Notes: generated by a model from the sequence alone, not told the origin. Shown: positions 8,898 to 20,631, counted from the first letter of the stretch. The stretch: DNA of 64,000 nucleotides from an uncultured Phycisphaerales bacterium (GCA_963844715.1 CAWJPJ010000007.1:384001-448000); one strand, 5' to 3'. A program made the numbers and translations.

Positions 8898-10894
8898 ATG
8901 CGCGAATGGACCCCCTCCGCCGGGATTATTTTTTTGCTCGGCTGGTCCGTTTATATGGATCAGGCAAACTTTGCCGCGCGCAGGTTCATCTTATCAGCGA
9001 CGGCTCAACCGACGTCCCCGCAACCCAGCCCGCCGAAGCAGCCGGTCCCAAGGTCGTCATGAACGACTCCGGGACCTTCAGCATTCAAATCAACAGCGGC
9101 GTCGATCTCCTCCAGGTCCTCCGCATGATCGCCAACCAGGCCCAGATCAGCATCATCCCCGGCAAGGATGTCAAAGGCACCGTCCCCGCGATGGATCTCT
9201 ACAACGTCAGCGTCTATGAAGCACTCGACGCCATCCTCCAGACCAACGGAATGCACTGGAAAAAGCAGGGCAATTTCATTTACGTTTACACGCAGCAGGA
9301 TTGGGACAAGCTGATTAAAGCCAGCCACGTCCGCCAGACCAAGGTTTACACGCTCTATTACGTCACCGCCCAGGACGCCGCCGATCTGATCAAGCCCGCT
9401 CTCAGCGGCGACGCCCAGATTCAAACCACCAAGGCCACCCAGACCGGCCTCTCCGCCGTCACCGCCGACGCCACCTCCTCCGACTCCACCGGTGACACCG
9501 GCGGCGACGCCATGGCCGGCGTCGATATGATCGTCGTCAGCGACTACCCCGAAAATCTCGCCCAGGTCGATCAGATCATCGCCAAGATCGACCGCCGCCC
9601 ACAGCAAGTCCTCGTCGAGGCCACCATCCTCGAAGCCACCCTGAACGAAAATAACGCAATGGGAATCGACTTCTCCTTCATGGGCGGCGTCGACATGGAT
9701 ACCCTCCTCTCCAACGGTCTGGGCATCTCCAGCGCCCTCAGCGGGAATATCCTCAACCCCTCCTCCAGCACCGGCGCCACCTCCGGCACCGGGACGGGCA
9801 CCGGCACCAGCTCCACCCCGGCCCCCGTCGTCGCCAACGGCTACGCCGGTTTCACCACCGGAAATTTCGACACCCAGGTCCCCAACGGCGGCCTCCAGGT
9901 CGGCATCGTCAAAAACAACCTCGGCGTCTTCATCTCCGCCCTCGAAGCCGTCACCGACGCGACCATCCTCGCCAACCCCAAAGTTCTCGTCCTCAACAAA
10001 CAGCCCGGCGATGTCCACGTCGGCCAGGAACTCGGCTATCAAACCACCACCGTCACCCAAACCACTTCGACGCAAACCGTCCAATATCTCGACACCGGAA
10101 CCATCCTCACCTTCCGCCCCTTCATCGGCGACGACGGATACATCCGCATGGAGATCCACCCCGAAGACTCCACCGGAGTCCTCGTCAACAATCTCCCCCA
10201 GAAAACCACCACCGAAGTCACCAGCAATATCATGGTCAAGGACGGCAGCACCATCGTGATCGGCGGTCTCTTCCGTGAAAATAGCCAAACCACCCGCAAC
10301 CAGGTTCCCCTCCTCGGCAGCCTCCCCTTCGCCGGCCCCCTATTCCGCAGCAAGGCCGATACAACCCAGCGCCAAGAGATCATCATTCTCCTGACGCCTC
10401 ACATCGTGAAAGACGACGCCGCCTACGGCCGAATGGGCGAGCAGGAACTCCGCGAAGCCGAACGCCTCCGCGTCGGCGTCCGCAAGGGCATGATGTGGTT
10501 CGGCCGCGAACGCCTCGCCGAATCCTGCTACGAAGACGCCGTTGACGAGATGAACAAGCCCCACCCCGACATCGACAAGGCGATCTGGCACCTCAACTGC
10601 GCCATCAATCTCAATCCAAAATTCAGCGAAGCGATTGCGATGAAGGAGCAACTCACCGGCAAGGAAGTCACCGACGTCGACAACAGCACCATCCGCTCCT
10701 TCGTCCAGCGCGCCATCATCGAAGACACCGCGCCCCCCGCGACCGAGCCCGCGGCCTTCGTCCCCCAACTCCGTCCCGCCCCGATCGTTATGACTCCCGC
10801 CGCGCCGCCGACTCCGAAACTCGAGATCAAGGTCCTCAACGACACCACACAGCCGTCCAACGCCAACGTCGACGCCGACGATGACCGGGAATAA
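8898..10894 (+). CDS. Outer-membrane secretin (PilQ/GspD family); probable start ATG 8898 with a frameshift near 8975
   Basis: IDRRPQQVLVEATILE; ANPKVLVLN; VKDGSTIVIGGL; VPLLGSLP..GPLFRS; IILLTPHIV. Confidence 0.93.
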
Positions 10895-10898
10895 ACCC

Positions 10899-12082
10899 AT
10901 GCGAAAGCTTTGCCTATTCATTCTGATCGTCACCCCTCTCCTGGCCGCTTGCAGCCAGCACAAGGACCCCAGCGAGCAGGCCCTGGCTGAGAAGCGCTGG
11001 AACGCCGCGCACAGCGCCGTCCTCCTCGGCCTGGCCCGCGACCAATACGACAACCAGAATTTCGACAAAGCCCGCCAGACTGTCGACGAATCCCTCAAAA
11101 TGTCCCCCGATTCCGCCCCCGCCCACATCCTCTCCGCCAAGCTCTATATCGAGCAGGGCCAGCTCGAGGCCGCCGAACGTGAACTCGCCTCCGCCCGGCA
11201 GCTCGATCCCACCAACGCCGAATGCGACTACTACTCCGGCGTCATCTACCAGCGCTGGCAGCAGCCCCAGGACGCCCTCAAATTTTATGAACAAGCCAAC
11301 ACCAAGGCCCCCGCCGAATTGGCTTATCTCCTCGCCCGCGCCGAAATGCTCGTCGCCCTCGATCACCGCGACGAAGCCCTCGCTCTCCTCCAGGAAAAAG
11401 TCACTTACTACGAACACAGCGGCGCCATTCGCGACGCCGTAGGCCTGCTCCTCATTCAGGATCATCGCCTCCCCGAAGCCGTCGAGATGCTCCGCCGCGC
11501 CAGCATCCTCTCGCCCGACGATCTGACGATCCGCGAGCACCTGGGCCTGGCCATGGTCCAGGCCAAGAAATATTCCGACGCCATCGATGTCCTCTCCCCG
11601 CTCCTTCAGCAGACCGCCTACGCGAATCGCGGCGATCTCTGGGCCGCCCTCGGCGAAAGCGAACTCGCCGTCGGCCGGGTCAGCGACGCCGTCGTCTCCC
11701 TCTCCACAGCCTCCGACTCCCTCGACAATTCCCCCGGCGTCTGGCTCAGCCTCGGCAACGCCCAGATGCAGCAGGGCAATCTCCGCATGGCCGAAGTCTC
11801 CCTCCGCCGCTCCATCGCGCTCGATCCGCAGAATTCACAGACCCACCTCCTCCAGGGATACATTCAGTTCCGCCAGGGGCAATTATCTGATGCCCTCGAT
11901 TCGTTCACCGCCGCCAATCGCCTCGCCCCGGCGGACACCGTCAATCTCTGCATGGTCGGCCTCACCCTCCAGAAGCTCGGACGCGCCCCGAGGCCGCCGC
12001 CTTCTATCAGCGCGCTCTCCAGCTCAGTCCCGGCGATGAAATGGCCGCCCAACTTATGGCACGCCTCGATTCGCACGAATAA
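10899..12082 (+). CDS. TPR lipoprotein (pilotin-like), frameshift near 11985
   Basis: Lipobox LLAAC; tandem TPRs; corrected frame ends MARLDSHE*. Confidence 0.8.
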
Positions 12083-12159
12083 ACATGTAGCGGACCGCGC
12101 TCGCCCGCGCGTCCGATAAGTTCGCGCCGGAAAAATCCCCGCAATGGGGAGGAGTCGTT

Positions 12160-13590
12160 GTGCGTCGCGGCAAAGCCCTGTCGATCCTAACCCTCGCCTT
12201 CGTGGCGGGCGGAATAATCTGCTTCTCCTCCAGCCTCGGCGAGGCCCTTCACGGCGACGCGCGCCTCCAGGTCGGCATCGCCGGCTCCATCATGTTCGTC
12301 CTCGGCGCCGGCACCGCCCTCACCGCCATCACGCTCCTCCGCCGCGACTGCCGATTCCTCGTCGCCGCCATCCAGCGCATGACCAACGACGGCCGCCTCG
12401 ACGTCCTCCGCACCACCAACCCCGAAATCCGCCCCCTCATCACCGCCGTCAATGAAATGGTCGAAACCGCCGACCGCAGCGTCTCCGAAGCCGTCCTCCG
12501 CATGAAGGAACTCGAAATTCAGTTGAAGGTCGCCACCGCCCAGCGCCAGCACGCGGAAGCCATCCTCTACAGCATTTCCGACGCCGTGTTCGTCACCGAC
12601 ACCTTCGACGAACTCGTCCTCGCCAACGAAGCCGCCGCTCGAACCTTCCAGTTCGACCTCGAACGTTCCAGGCGTCTCCCCATCAATCAGGTCATCGCCG
12701 ACGAAAAACTCGTCGAACTCGTCCGCGACATGCGCCAAAGCAACAGCAGCACCGGCCGCCGCATCGTCGAACATCGCGTCAAGAACGACCGCGAGGAAAA
12801 AATCTTCAAAGTCACTCTCTCCGCCGTCGCCGACAACAACGACATGCCCGCCGGCGTCGTCGCCGTCCTCCACGATATGACCCGCGAAAAAGAAGTCGCC
12901 GAACTCAAGAACGACTTCGTCTCCAGTGTCAGCCACGAACTCCGCACCCCCCTGGCCAGCATCAAGGCCTACGTCGAAATGCTCATCGACGGCGAAGCCG
13001 ACAACGAAAAAACCGAGCACGAGTTCTACGAAGTCATCCAGAACGAGGCCAACCGACTCTCCCGGCTCATCGACAACATCCTCAATATTTCCAGGATCGA
13101 ATCCGGCCTCGTCCAGATCAATAAACAGCCCCAGAGCCTCGCCGTCATCCTCAAGGAAGCCATCGAGGTCATCGCCCCCCAGGCGAAATCGAAACAGATC
13201 AATCTCAATGAACAGTTGACCCCCGTCTTTTATCAGACCCTCGCCGACCGCGACATGCTTTATCAGGCCGTCCTTAATCTTTTGAGCAATGCTGTGAAAT
13301 ATACGCCCGAGGGAGGCACCATCACGGTTCTAACCCTCGTCGACGAGGCCAAACGCAAGGTTATCACACGTATTTCTGATACTGGAGTAGGGATTCCGCC
13401 CAAGGACCTCCCTTTTGTGTTCGATAAGTTCTATAGGGCGGAGGCTAACAATCACATGGCCAAGGGAACCGGCCTCGGCCTGTCCCTGGTCAAGCACATT
13501 GTGGAAACCGTCCATCGTGGCCGAATCTTCGTCGAAAGCCACGTAGGCAAGGGAAGTTGTTTTGGTTTTGAGCTGGACCTCTGCGAGTAA
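12160..13590 (+). CDS. Membrane PAS sensor histidine kinase
   Basis: Two TM helices; PAS (ISDAVFVTD..LANEAA); H-box SHELRTPL; NLLSNAVKY; DTGVGI; GTGLGL. Confidence 0.95.
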   Translation: MRRGKALSILTLAFVAGGIICFSSSLGEALHGDARLQVGIAGSIMFVLGAGTALTAITLLRRDCRFLVAAIQRMTNDGRLDVLRTTNPEIRPLITAVNEMVETADRSVSEAVLRMKELEIQLKVATAQRQHAEAILYSISDAVFVTDTFDELVLANEAAARTFQFDLERSRRLPINQVIADEKLVELVRDMRQSNSSTGRRIVEHRVKNDREEKIFKVTLSAVADNNDMPAGVVAVLHDMTREKEVAELKNDFVSSVSHELRTPLASIKAYVEMLIDGEADNEKTEHEFYEVIQNEANRLSRLIDNILNISRIESGLVQINKQPQSLAVILKEAIEVIAPQAKSKQINLNEQLTPVFYQTLADRDMLYQAVLNLLSNAVKYTPEGGTITVLTLVDEAKRKVITRISDTGVGIPPKDLPFVFDKFYRAEANNHMAKGTGLGLSLVKHIVETVHRGRIFVESHVGKGSCFGFELDLCE

Positions 13591-13616
13591 TCGCCCAGGT
13601 CCGCGAGGGAGAAAAA

Positions 13617-14003
13617 ATGGCGGCGAAGAAAATACTCGTAGCCGACGACGAGAGCCACATCCTCAACGTGGTCTCTCTAAAACTGCGCAACGCGGGTTTC
13701 GAAGTGGTGACCGCGTCTGATGGGCTCGAAGCGCTCGAGCTGGCGCAGACCGAACGTCCGGACCTCCTGATCACGGACTATCACATGCCGCAGCTCTCCG
13801 GCCTGGAATTGTGCCAACGGCTCAAACAGGACCCGCTGACTGCGAAAATCCCCGCGATCATGCTGACCGCTCGTGGCTATCAGCTCGACGCGCAGGACAC
13901 CGAACAGAACGGAATCTTGCGAATGCTCAGCAAGCCGTTCAGCCCGCGGCATCTGCTCAGCACCGTTAACGAGGTGCTCGCCGCCGCGGGCACGGCCGCC
14001 TAA
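13617..14003 (+). CDS. Single-domain response regulator
   Basis: ILVADDE, LITDYHMP, MLTA, KPF. Confidence 0.95.
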   Translation: MAAKKILVADDESHILNVVSLKLRNAGFEVVTASDGLEALELAQTERPDLLITDYHMPQLSGLELCQRLKQDPLTAKIPAIMLTARGYQLDAQDTEQNGILRMLSKPFSPRHLLSTVNEVLAAAGTAA

Positions 14004-14027
14004 AAGGAAGGCGCCGCAAAATGCTGG

Positions 14028-15735
14028 TTGTTGTATATGACGTTGCAGGCAAATAATCGTATCGCGGGTTCGGGCACCGCCCACGGCGGCGCCCCCATTG
14101 CCGTTTTGGACGTCCTGGCCACCCGCTTCCGGCCCGCCGGCCTCTTCCTCGCGCTCCTCAAGCCCGACGGAACCGTCCTCTTTCACGACTCCGGCGCGGG
14201 ACTATTCTTCCAGCGATACGTCCTGCCCATGCTCCAGTATGACGATTCGTCCGACACTGGAATCAAACAGCAATTGGCAACTCTCACCGCCACGTCCCCC
14301 GTGACGGTCTGGAACCATCTCCCCGGAATCATCCTCGCTGCTTTCCCGCACGTCGAGCGCCGCCAGCTCGTCGGCATCCTCGTCCTCGCCGCCAAGAGCG
14401 CCACCTTCAAGCTCGGCGAAGATGTCGTCCGCGTCTGCAGCCGCCTCGGCCTCGACGGAATCTGGCTCAATCAGCAAGCCGAGGAAACTCCCACCTTCAA
14501 CGATGAGACCATGCAGCGTCAGGCCCGCATGCTTCTCAACATGCTGCGCGACCAGGTACGCCTCGCCAGCCTCGAAGGCGAACTCGATTCCCTCTCCGGA
14601 CAACTCGCCAACACCTACGAAGAACTCAGTCTCATCTACCAGATCAGCGGCGGCATGCGAATCAACCGCCGCGCCAATGACTTTTTCAAGCAGGCATGCC
14701 TCGATGTCCTGGAAGTCATGGGTGTGCAGGGCATGGGCGTCGCCCTCAGCGGCGACGCCGCCCAGCGCCAGGAGCCCGTCCTCTACGGCCCCCTCAGCCT
14801 CCCCCCGGGAACCGTTCATCGCCTCGCCGATGAATTAATGCCCGTCCTCTTCCATCGCAAAAGCCCGCTCCTCATCAACGATCTTTCCAAGGACAAAACT
14901 TTCCATTGGCTCAGCGAGCATTCCAAGCATCTCCTTGCCGTTCCGCTTCAGCGCCAGGACCAGGTCCTCGGCTGCCTCTTCGCACTCGACAAAATCACCG
15001 GCGATTTCGACTCCCAGGACAGCAAGCTCCTCAACTCGATCGCCAACGAATCGGCGATCTATCTCGAAAACGCCATGCTCTTCGACGACGTGCACGGCCT
15101 GATGATGGGATTGCTCCATAGCCTCACCAGCGCCGTCGACGCCAAGGACACCTACACCTGCGGCCACAGCGAACGCGTCGCCGCCATCGCCCGCCAGCTC
15201 ACCCTCGAAGCCGGCCTCCCCGAGTCTCTGGCCGAGCGCATTTACATGGCCGGGCTCCTTCACGACGTCGGAAAAATCGGCGTCCCCGAAGGCCGTCCTC
15301 CAAAAAACCGGCCGCCTCACCGCCGAGGAATTCGAGCAGATGAAAAAACATCCGCAGATCGGCGCCAGAATCCTGCGCGACGTGAAGCAGATCAGCGATC
15401 TGATCCCCGGCGTCCTCCATCACCACGAACGCTACGACGGCAACGGCTATCCCGGCGGCCTGGTCGGCGAAGCCATCCCCATCATGGGACGGATCATCTG
15501 CCTCGCCGATTGCTTCGACGCCATGACCAGCAATCGAACCTATCGCAAGGCCCTCCCCCTGGAGGTTGCCCTGACGGAAATCCGCCGCTGCTCCGGGACT
15601 CAGTTCGACCCCGTGCTCACCGAAGCGTTCCTCAAGATCACCACGGAAAAATTCCGCGAGTACATGAGCATGCGCCAGGAGCAGGCCAAGGATTTCATCG
15701 AATTGCATCAGCGGACCATCCAGTCCGCCGCCTGA
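14028..15735 (+). CDS. GAF + HD-GYP cyclic-dinucleotide phosphodiesterase (frameshift near 15290)
   Basis: GAF (LLAVPL..GCL..FD..D..LL); HSERVA; LHDVGKIG; HHERYDGNGYP; ADCFDAMTS.R.YR. Confidence 0.92.
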
Positions 15736-15747
15736 AACGGAAAGAGT

Positions 15748-16086
15748 ATGCCCATCAAGTGTGAGGAATACAGCCAGGTCTGCGTGATGGAAGTTCAGGG
15801 CGATTTCATGGCCGAGACCGCCACTCTGGCCAAGAAAAGCCTCGAGGACCAGATCGAGCAGCGCCGCATCGTCGATTTCGTGGTCGACTTCCAGAAATCC
15901 GGCTTCGTCGACTCCGACGGCCTCGAGGCCCTCATCTGGATGAAACGCCGCTGCGAGGATCTTTTCGGCCAGATCAAGCTCGTCAATCTCGACGAAAATT
16001 GCCGCAAGATTCTCGAAATCACCCGCCTCGAGCACCGCTTCGAGTGCCACGCGGATTTGGCGTCGGCCCTTAAGACGATGAGATAA
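15748..16086 (+). CDS. STAS-domain anti-anti-sigma factor-like protein
   Basis: VVDF..FVDSDGLEAL..ILEITRL. Confidence 0.88.
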   Translation: MPIKCEEYSQVCVMEVQGDFMAETATLAKKSLEDQIEQRRIVDFVVDFQKSGFVDSDGLEALIWMKRRCEDLFGQIKLVNLDENCRKILEITRLEHRFECHADLASALKTMR

Positions 16087-16097
16087 CAGCATTCGCC

Positions 16098-17801
16098 ATG
16101 GTCGCCACGCTGGAAAGAAAACCTCTCGGACAGTTGCTCATCTCCAAGGGCCTCCTTCAACAGGAGCAGCTCGAGCGCGCCCTCGACGAGCAAAAGCGCT
16201 GCGGACATCAGAAACTCCTCGGCGAAGTCCTCGTCGAACTGCATCTCTGCACAGAGGACCAGATCACCGAGTCCCTCGCCCAGGCCTACGGCGTCCCCTA
16301 CGCCCGCGTCAGCCCCAGGGTCGCCGACCCCAAAGTCATCGCCGTCCTCCCCAAGGAGTTCCTGGAAAAACACCAGGTCCTCCCGCTCTATCTCGTCGAG
16401 GGAACCCTCACCGTCGCCGTTCCCGAACCCGCCAACGTCTTTCTTCTCGAAGAAATCGAACGCATCAGCGGCTATCACGTCCAGGTCGTCGCAGCGACCG
16501 TGCGCGACATCAAGAGCACCCTCCAGGCTTATCTCCCCAACGACAAGGTCTTTGTCATCGACGACATCATCGAGGAGGTTAAGCCCGAGGAATTCACGCT
16601 CATCGAGGCGCCCGTTCCCGATATCGCCTCCCTCGAAGTAGCGGCGGGGGACTCCCCGGTCATCAAGCTCGTCAACTACGTCATCTACAACGCCGTCAAG
16701 GAAGGCGCCAGCGACATTCACATCGAGCCCGGCGACGGACTCCTCCGCATTCGTTATCGCATCGACGGCCGCCTCACCGAAAAACTCCGTCCACCTTTCC
16801 AGATGCACGCCGCCGTCGCCAGCCGAATCAAAATCATGGCCTCGCTCGATATCTCCGAGCGCCGCCTCCCCCAGGACGGGGGCATCCATGTCCTCATGGA
16901 CAAACGCCCCATCGATCTCCGCGTCAGCACCATGCCCGGAAAGTACGGCGAAAAAGTCGTCATCCGCGTCATCGACAACGACAAGGCCTCCGTCAATCTA
17001 GAAAAACTCGGCTTCGGCTACGACACACTCAAGGCCTGGCGAAAACTCATCGCGCTCCCCAACGGAATCCTTCTCGTCACCGGCCCGACCGGCAGCGGAA
17101 AAAGCACCACCCTCTACGCCGTCCTCCAGGAACTCAACCGCGGCGACGTCAATATCTGCACCGTCGAGGACCCCATCGAATATGCCCTCAGCGGCGTCAA
17201 CCAATTCCAGGTCAACGAAAAAGCCGGCTTCAGTTTCTCGACGGCTCTTCGCGCGCTTCTGCGCCAGGACCCCGACATTCTCATGGTCGGCGAAATCCGC
17301 GACTCCGACACCGCCAAGCTCGCCACCCAGGCCGCCCTCACCGGCCACATGGTCCTGAGCACCCTGCACACAAACGACTCTCCCGGCGCCATCACCCGTC
17401 TCTACAACATCGGCGTCGAGCCCTATCTCGTCGGCGCGACGGTCATCGGCGTCCTCGCCCAGCGCCTCGTCCGAAAACTCTGCCAGCATTGCAAGGAAGC
17501 CTACGAGCCCGGCGTCAACGAGCGCCGCCAGATGGAGCGCTTCGCCGGAACCATCGACAAGCTCTACCGCCCCAAAGGCTGCTCGCGCTGCCGCAACCTC
17601 GGCTACAGCGGCCGAATCGGTATCTACGAACTACTCGTCCCCGACGACGCCATGGTCGAAATGATCAGCCAGGGAGTCCCCCTCAACGAACTCCGCGAAC
17701 TGGCCAAAAAACAAAACATGAAGACCCTCCGCGTCGACGGAGTCGAAAAGGTGAAATCCGGAATCACCACCATGGAAGAGGTTTATCGCGTGACGGCTTA
17801 A
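16098..17801 (+). CDS. pilB: PilB/GspE assembly ATPase with N-terminal MshEN-like domain
   Basis: ASDIHIEP; PQDG; GPTGSGKSTTLY; EDPIEY; LRQDPD; TGH..STLH; CxxC..CxxC. Confidence 0.95.
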   Translation: MVATLERKPLGQLLISKGLLQQEQLERALDEQKRCGHQKLLGEVLVELHLCTEDQITESLAQAYGVPYARVSPRVADPKVIAVLPKEFLEKHQVLPLYLVEGTLTVAVPEPANVFLLEEIERISGYHVQVVAATVRDIKSTLQAYLPNDKVFVIDDIIEEVKPEEFTLIEAPVPDIASLEVAAGDSPVIKLVNYVIYNAVKEGASDIHIEPGDGLLRIRYRIDGRLTEKLRPPFQMHAAVASRIKIMASLDISERRLPQDGGIHVLMDKRPIDLRVSTMPGKYGEKVVIRVIDNDKASVNLEKLGFGYDTLKAWRKLIALPNGILLVTGPTGSGKSTTLYAVLQELNRGDVNICTVEDPIEYALSGVNQFQVNEKAGFSFSTALRALLRQDPDILMVGEIRDSDTAKLATQAALTGHMVLSTLHTNDSPGAITRLYNIGVEPYLVGATVIGVLAQRLVRKLCQHCKEAYEPGVNERRQMERFAGTIDKLYRPKGCSRCRNLGYSGRIGIYELLVPDDAMVEMISQGVPLNELRELAKKQNMKTLRVDGVEKVKSGITTMEEVYRVTA

Positions 17802-17853
17802 ATGAGATTTTGAACCGTGCAGAACGCAAAGATCCCACAGTAAGAGCGGAACA

Positions 17854-17941
17854 GCCACAGATGGGGCACAGATGAACGCAGATAAATGAAAACGAATTCA
17901 ATTCTTTTTTTATCTGTGTTCATCTGATTTTCATCTGTGGC
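17854..17941. repeat. Inverted repeat built from (C)ACAGATGAA-like units
   Basis: GCCACAGATGGGGCACAGATGAACGCAGATAAA .. TTTATCTGTGTTCATCTGATTTTCATCTGTGGC. Confidence 0.8.
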
Positions 17942-17970
17942 AAAAATGCCTTTTGCCGGATTAGAAGATA

Positions 17971-19191
17971 ATGGCCACCTTCGCCTACACAGCGCGCGAT
18001 CACGCCGGGCTTCCCGCCACCGGAACCCTCGTTGCCACCAGCGTCGCAGACGCCGCCAATCTTCTCCGCGCCGACGGCAAATACCCGACGAGCATCCGCC
18101 CCTCCAGCGAAACCCCGCAGGTTGAAGCGGCCGGCTTCGGCCCACGCGGCCTCCGCATGAGCCGCAAGGATCTCATCCAGTTCGCCCAGCAGCTCGCCAT
18201 CATGGTCGACACCGGCGTCACCCTCTCCGAGGCCCTCGAATGCATTGCCGCTCAGGCCGATAAGCCCAACGTCAAGGGCATCGTCACCGACATCAGCCAG
18301 CAGGTTCAAGAAGGCGGCGATCTCAGTTCCGCCCTACAACGCCACCCCCGCGCTTTCCCGAGATTATTCATCGCTCTCGTCTCCGCCAGCGAAAAAAGCG
18401 GCATGATGGGCAAGCTCCTCAATCGTGCCGTCACATACATGCGCGACGAATATGAGGCCATCCGCCGCGTCCGCGGGGCCCTCACCTATCCTGCCATCAT
18501 GCTCTTCTTCGCCATCACCACGACGACATTCCTGCTCACATTTGTGTTACCAAGATTCACCGCGATCTATGCCGCCAAGCAGGCCGCTCTCCCCGTCCCC
18601 ACCAAGGTCCTCATCGCGATCAGCGGCTTCGTCGTCCACCAGTGGCCCTGGCTCCTCACCGGCATCGCCGGCACATCCTTCGCCCTCTACTCCTTCGGCT
18701 CGACACAAACCGGCAAACGCGTCTTCCACTATATCCAGCTCCACATCCCCCTCTTGGGCGGCCTCTTCCACCAGGTCTATCTTTCCCGAGGCCTCCGCAT
18801 GATCGGCACCATGGCCGGCGCGGGAATCAGCCTCGTCGACTGCGTAAAAACCGCCCACGACCTCGTCGCCAACACTTACTTCCGCGACCTTTGGAACAAC
18901 GTCTCCCAGCAAATCCAGGCCGGCAAGCAACTCTCCGAACCCCTCTTCCAAAGCAATCTGGTCCCCAAGCCCATCGCCCAAATGCTCCACAGCGCCGAAA
19001 AAGGCGGCAAGCTCGCCCAGGTCATGGAACAAGTCGCCACTTTCTCCGAACAGGAACTAAAAGAAAAAATCGCCGACATGACCAAGTACATCGAACCCAT
19101 CATGATCGCGGTAATGGGCGCCATAATCGGCGGCGTTGCCATGGCGCTCATGCTGCCGATCTTCACGATCAGCAAAGTGATCGCGCGATAA
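17971..19191 (+). CDS. pilC: PilC/GspF inner-membrane platform protein
   Basis: FAQQLAIMVDTGV.L; ASEKSG; ALTYP; EPIMI..G..ALMLPIF. Confidence 0.95.
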   Translation: MATFAYTARDHAGLPATGTLVATSVADAANLLRADGKYPTSIRPSSETPQVEAAGFGPRGLRMSRKDLIQFAQQLAIMVDTGVTLSEALECIAAQADKPNVKGIVTDISQQVQEGGDLSSALQRHPRAFPRLFIALVSASEKSGMMGKLLNRAVTYMRDEYEAIRRVRGALTYPAIMLFFAITTTTFLLTFVLPRFTAIYAAKQAALPVPTKVLIAISGFVVHQWPWLLTGIAGTSFALYSFGSTQTGKRVFHYIQLHIPLLGGLFHQVYLSRGLRMIGTMAGAGISLVDCVKTAHDLVANTYFRDLWNNVSQQIQAGKQLSEPLFQSNLVPKPIAQMLHSAEKGGKLAQVMEQVATFSEQELKEKIADMTKYIEPIMIAVMGAIIGGVAMALMLPIFTISKVIAR

Positions 19192-19367
19192 TTCGCGTTC
19201 CGCATTTTTCTCCTCCCGCGATACCCCGCCCGAAAGGAATTGTCGACTTTGCCCCGACCGCGCCATTTCCCTCTACCCCAATAAGTTGCAGAATAGACTG
19301 TTGATGGTCCGCGCACGACCGCGGCGCAAAGGCAAGCCACTATGAATCGAACCGAACAAGGCCTGAC

Positions 19368-20347
19368 ATGACGACCCAAGATCCCGCGTCCCCCAACGGC
19401 GACCTCCACGTCATCTTCGGCGCCGGCCAAGTCGGCCCTCTCCTGGCTCAACACCTCCTCGACGCCGGCCATCGCGTCCGCGTCGTCCGCCGCGGAAACC
19501 AATCCATCGCCCCGCAAATCGAACTCATCTCCGGCGACGCCACCGACCGGGAATTCTGCGCCGGCGCCGCCATGGGCGGCTCCGTCGTCTATCACTGCAT
19601 GAATCCCGCCGAATACAACGCAAAAATCTGGGCCGATCTCGTCCCCAAATACATGGACAACCTCATCGCGGCCGCCAGAACCGCCGGCGCCCGCCTCGTC
19701 GTCCTCGACAATCTCTACATGCTCGGCCGCCCCAACGGCAAACCCCTGACCGAAAAAACCCCCGTGAACCCCTGTAGTAAAAAAGGAGAGATCCGCGCCA
19801 AAACCGCCGAAAAATTATTCGCCGCACACAACAAGGGAGAAGTCGCCGCCATCACCGGTCGCGCCTCGGATTTCTACGGCCCGCGCGCCAGACTAGGCTT
19901 CCTCGGCGACCCCTTCTGGAAACCCGCCCTCTCCGGCCGCAAAGTCCGCACCCCCATCAATCCCGACGCCGTTCACACCTACCACTATGTCCCCGATGTC
20001 GCTGCCGGATTAGCCGCCCTCGGCAGCGCCCCCTCGATGCCTACGGCAAATCCTGGATGCTCCCCTGCCAACCCGCCGAAACAATGCGCCAACTCGCCGG
20101 GCGGCTGTCCAAATATCTCGGCAAACCAATCAACGTCGCCAAACTCCCCTCTTTCCTGCTCAAGGCCGCCGGAATGTTCGTCCCCATCGTCCGCGAATTA
20201 AACGAAATGCGCTATCAGTGGGACGAACCCTTCATCGTTGACGACACCGCCTTCCGCGCGAAATTCGGACTCACGCCCATCGATCGCGACCAAGCCGCCA
20301 AGGCCACCGTCGAATGGGCGCGCACCGCCTACGCAAAAAAAGGATAG
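19368..20347 (+). CDS. NAD-dependent epimerase/dehydratase-like atypical SDR (frameshift near 20030)
   Basis: IFGAGQVG; DNLYMLG; KGEIR; RASDFYGP; YVPDVA; EMRYQW..PF. Confidence 0.88.
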
Positions 20348-20434
20348 ACCCCATGACTGCCGTTGCCTTGCACCCCAGTGGAACAGTCCGCTCATCCCGC
20401 CCGCCCCAAAGACGACGCCTTGCCGATTATCGCT

Positions 20435-20457
20435 CCATCCTGCGGAAACTAGTGGAA
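20435..20457 (+). repeat. Dispersed 23-nt motif, copy B (CCATCCTGCGGAAACTAGTGGAA)
   Basis: Matches copies A, C and D. Confidence 0.85.
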
Positions 20458-20602
20458 GCCTGATATGACTGGTCGTTCTGCCCAGCGCCCGGCCCGTCTG
20501 GACGCAACGCAGAAGTTACAAAACAGATGAAGCTGCTCCAGCCGGCCGTCAACCCTCCAACTCATTACGCCCCCAACCACTTACCCGCCAGGAATTTTCC
20601 GC

Positions 20603-20631
20603 TTGACGACGCAATTATTTGTATATACAAT
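20603..20631 (+). promoter_or_regulatory. Sigma70 promoter overlapped by a palindromic operator
   Basis: TTGACG-17 nt-TACAAT; palindrome TTGTATATACAA at 20619-20630. Confidence 0.8.
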
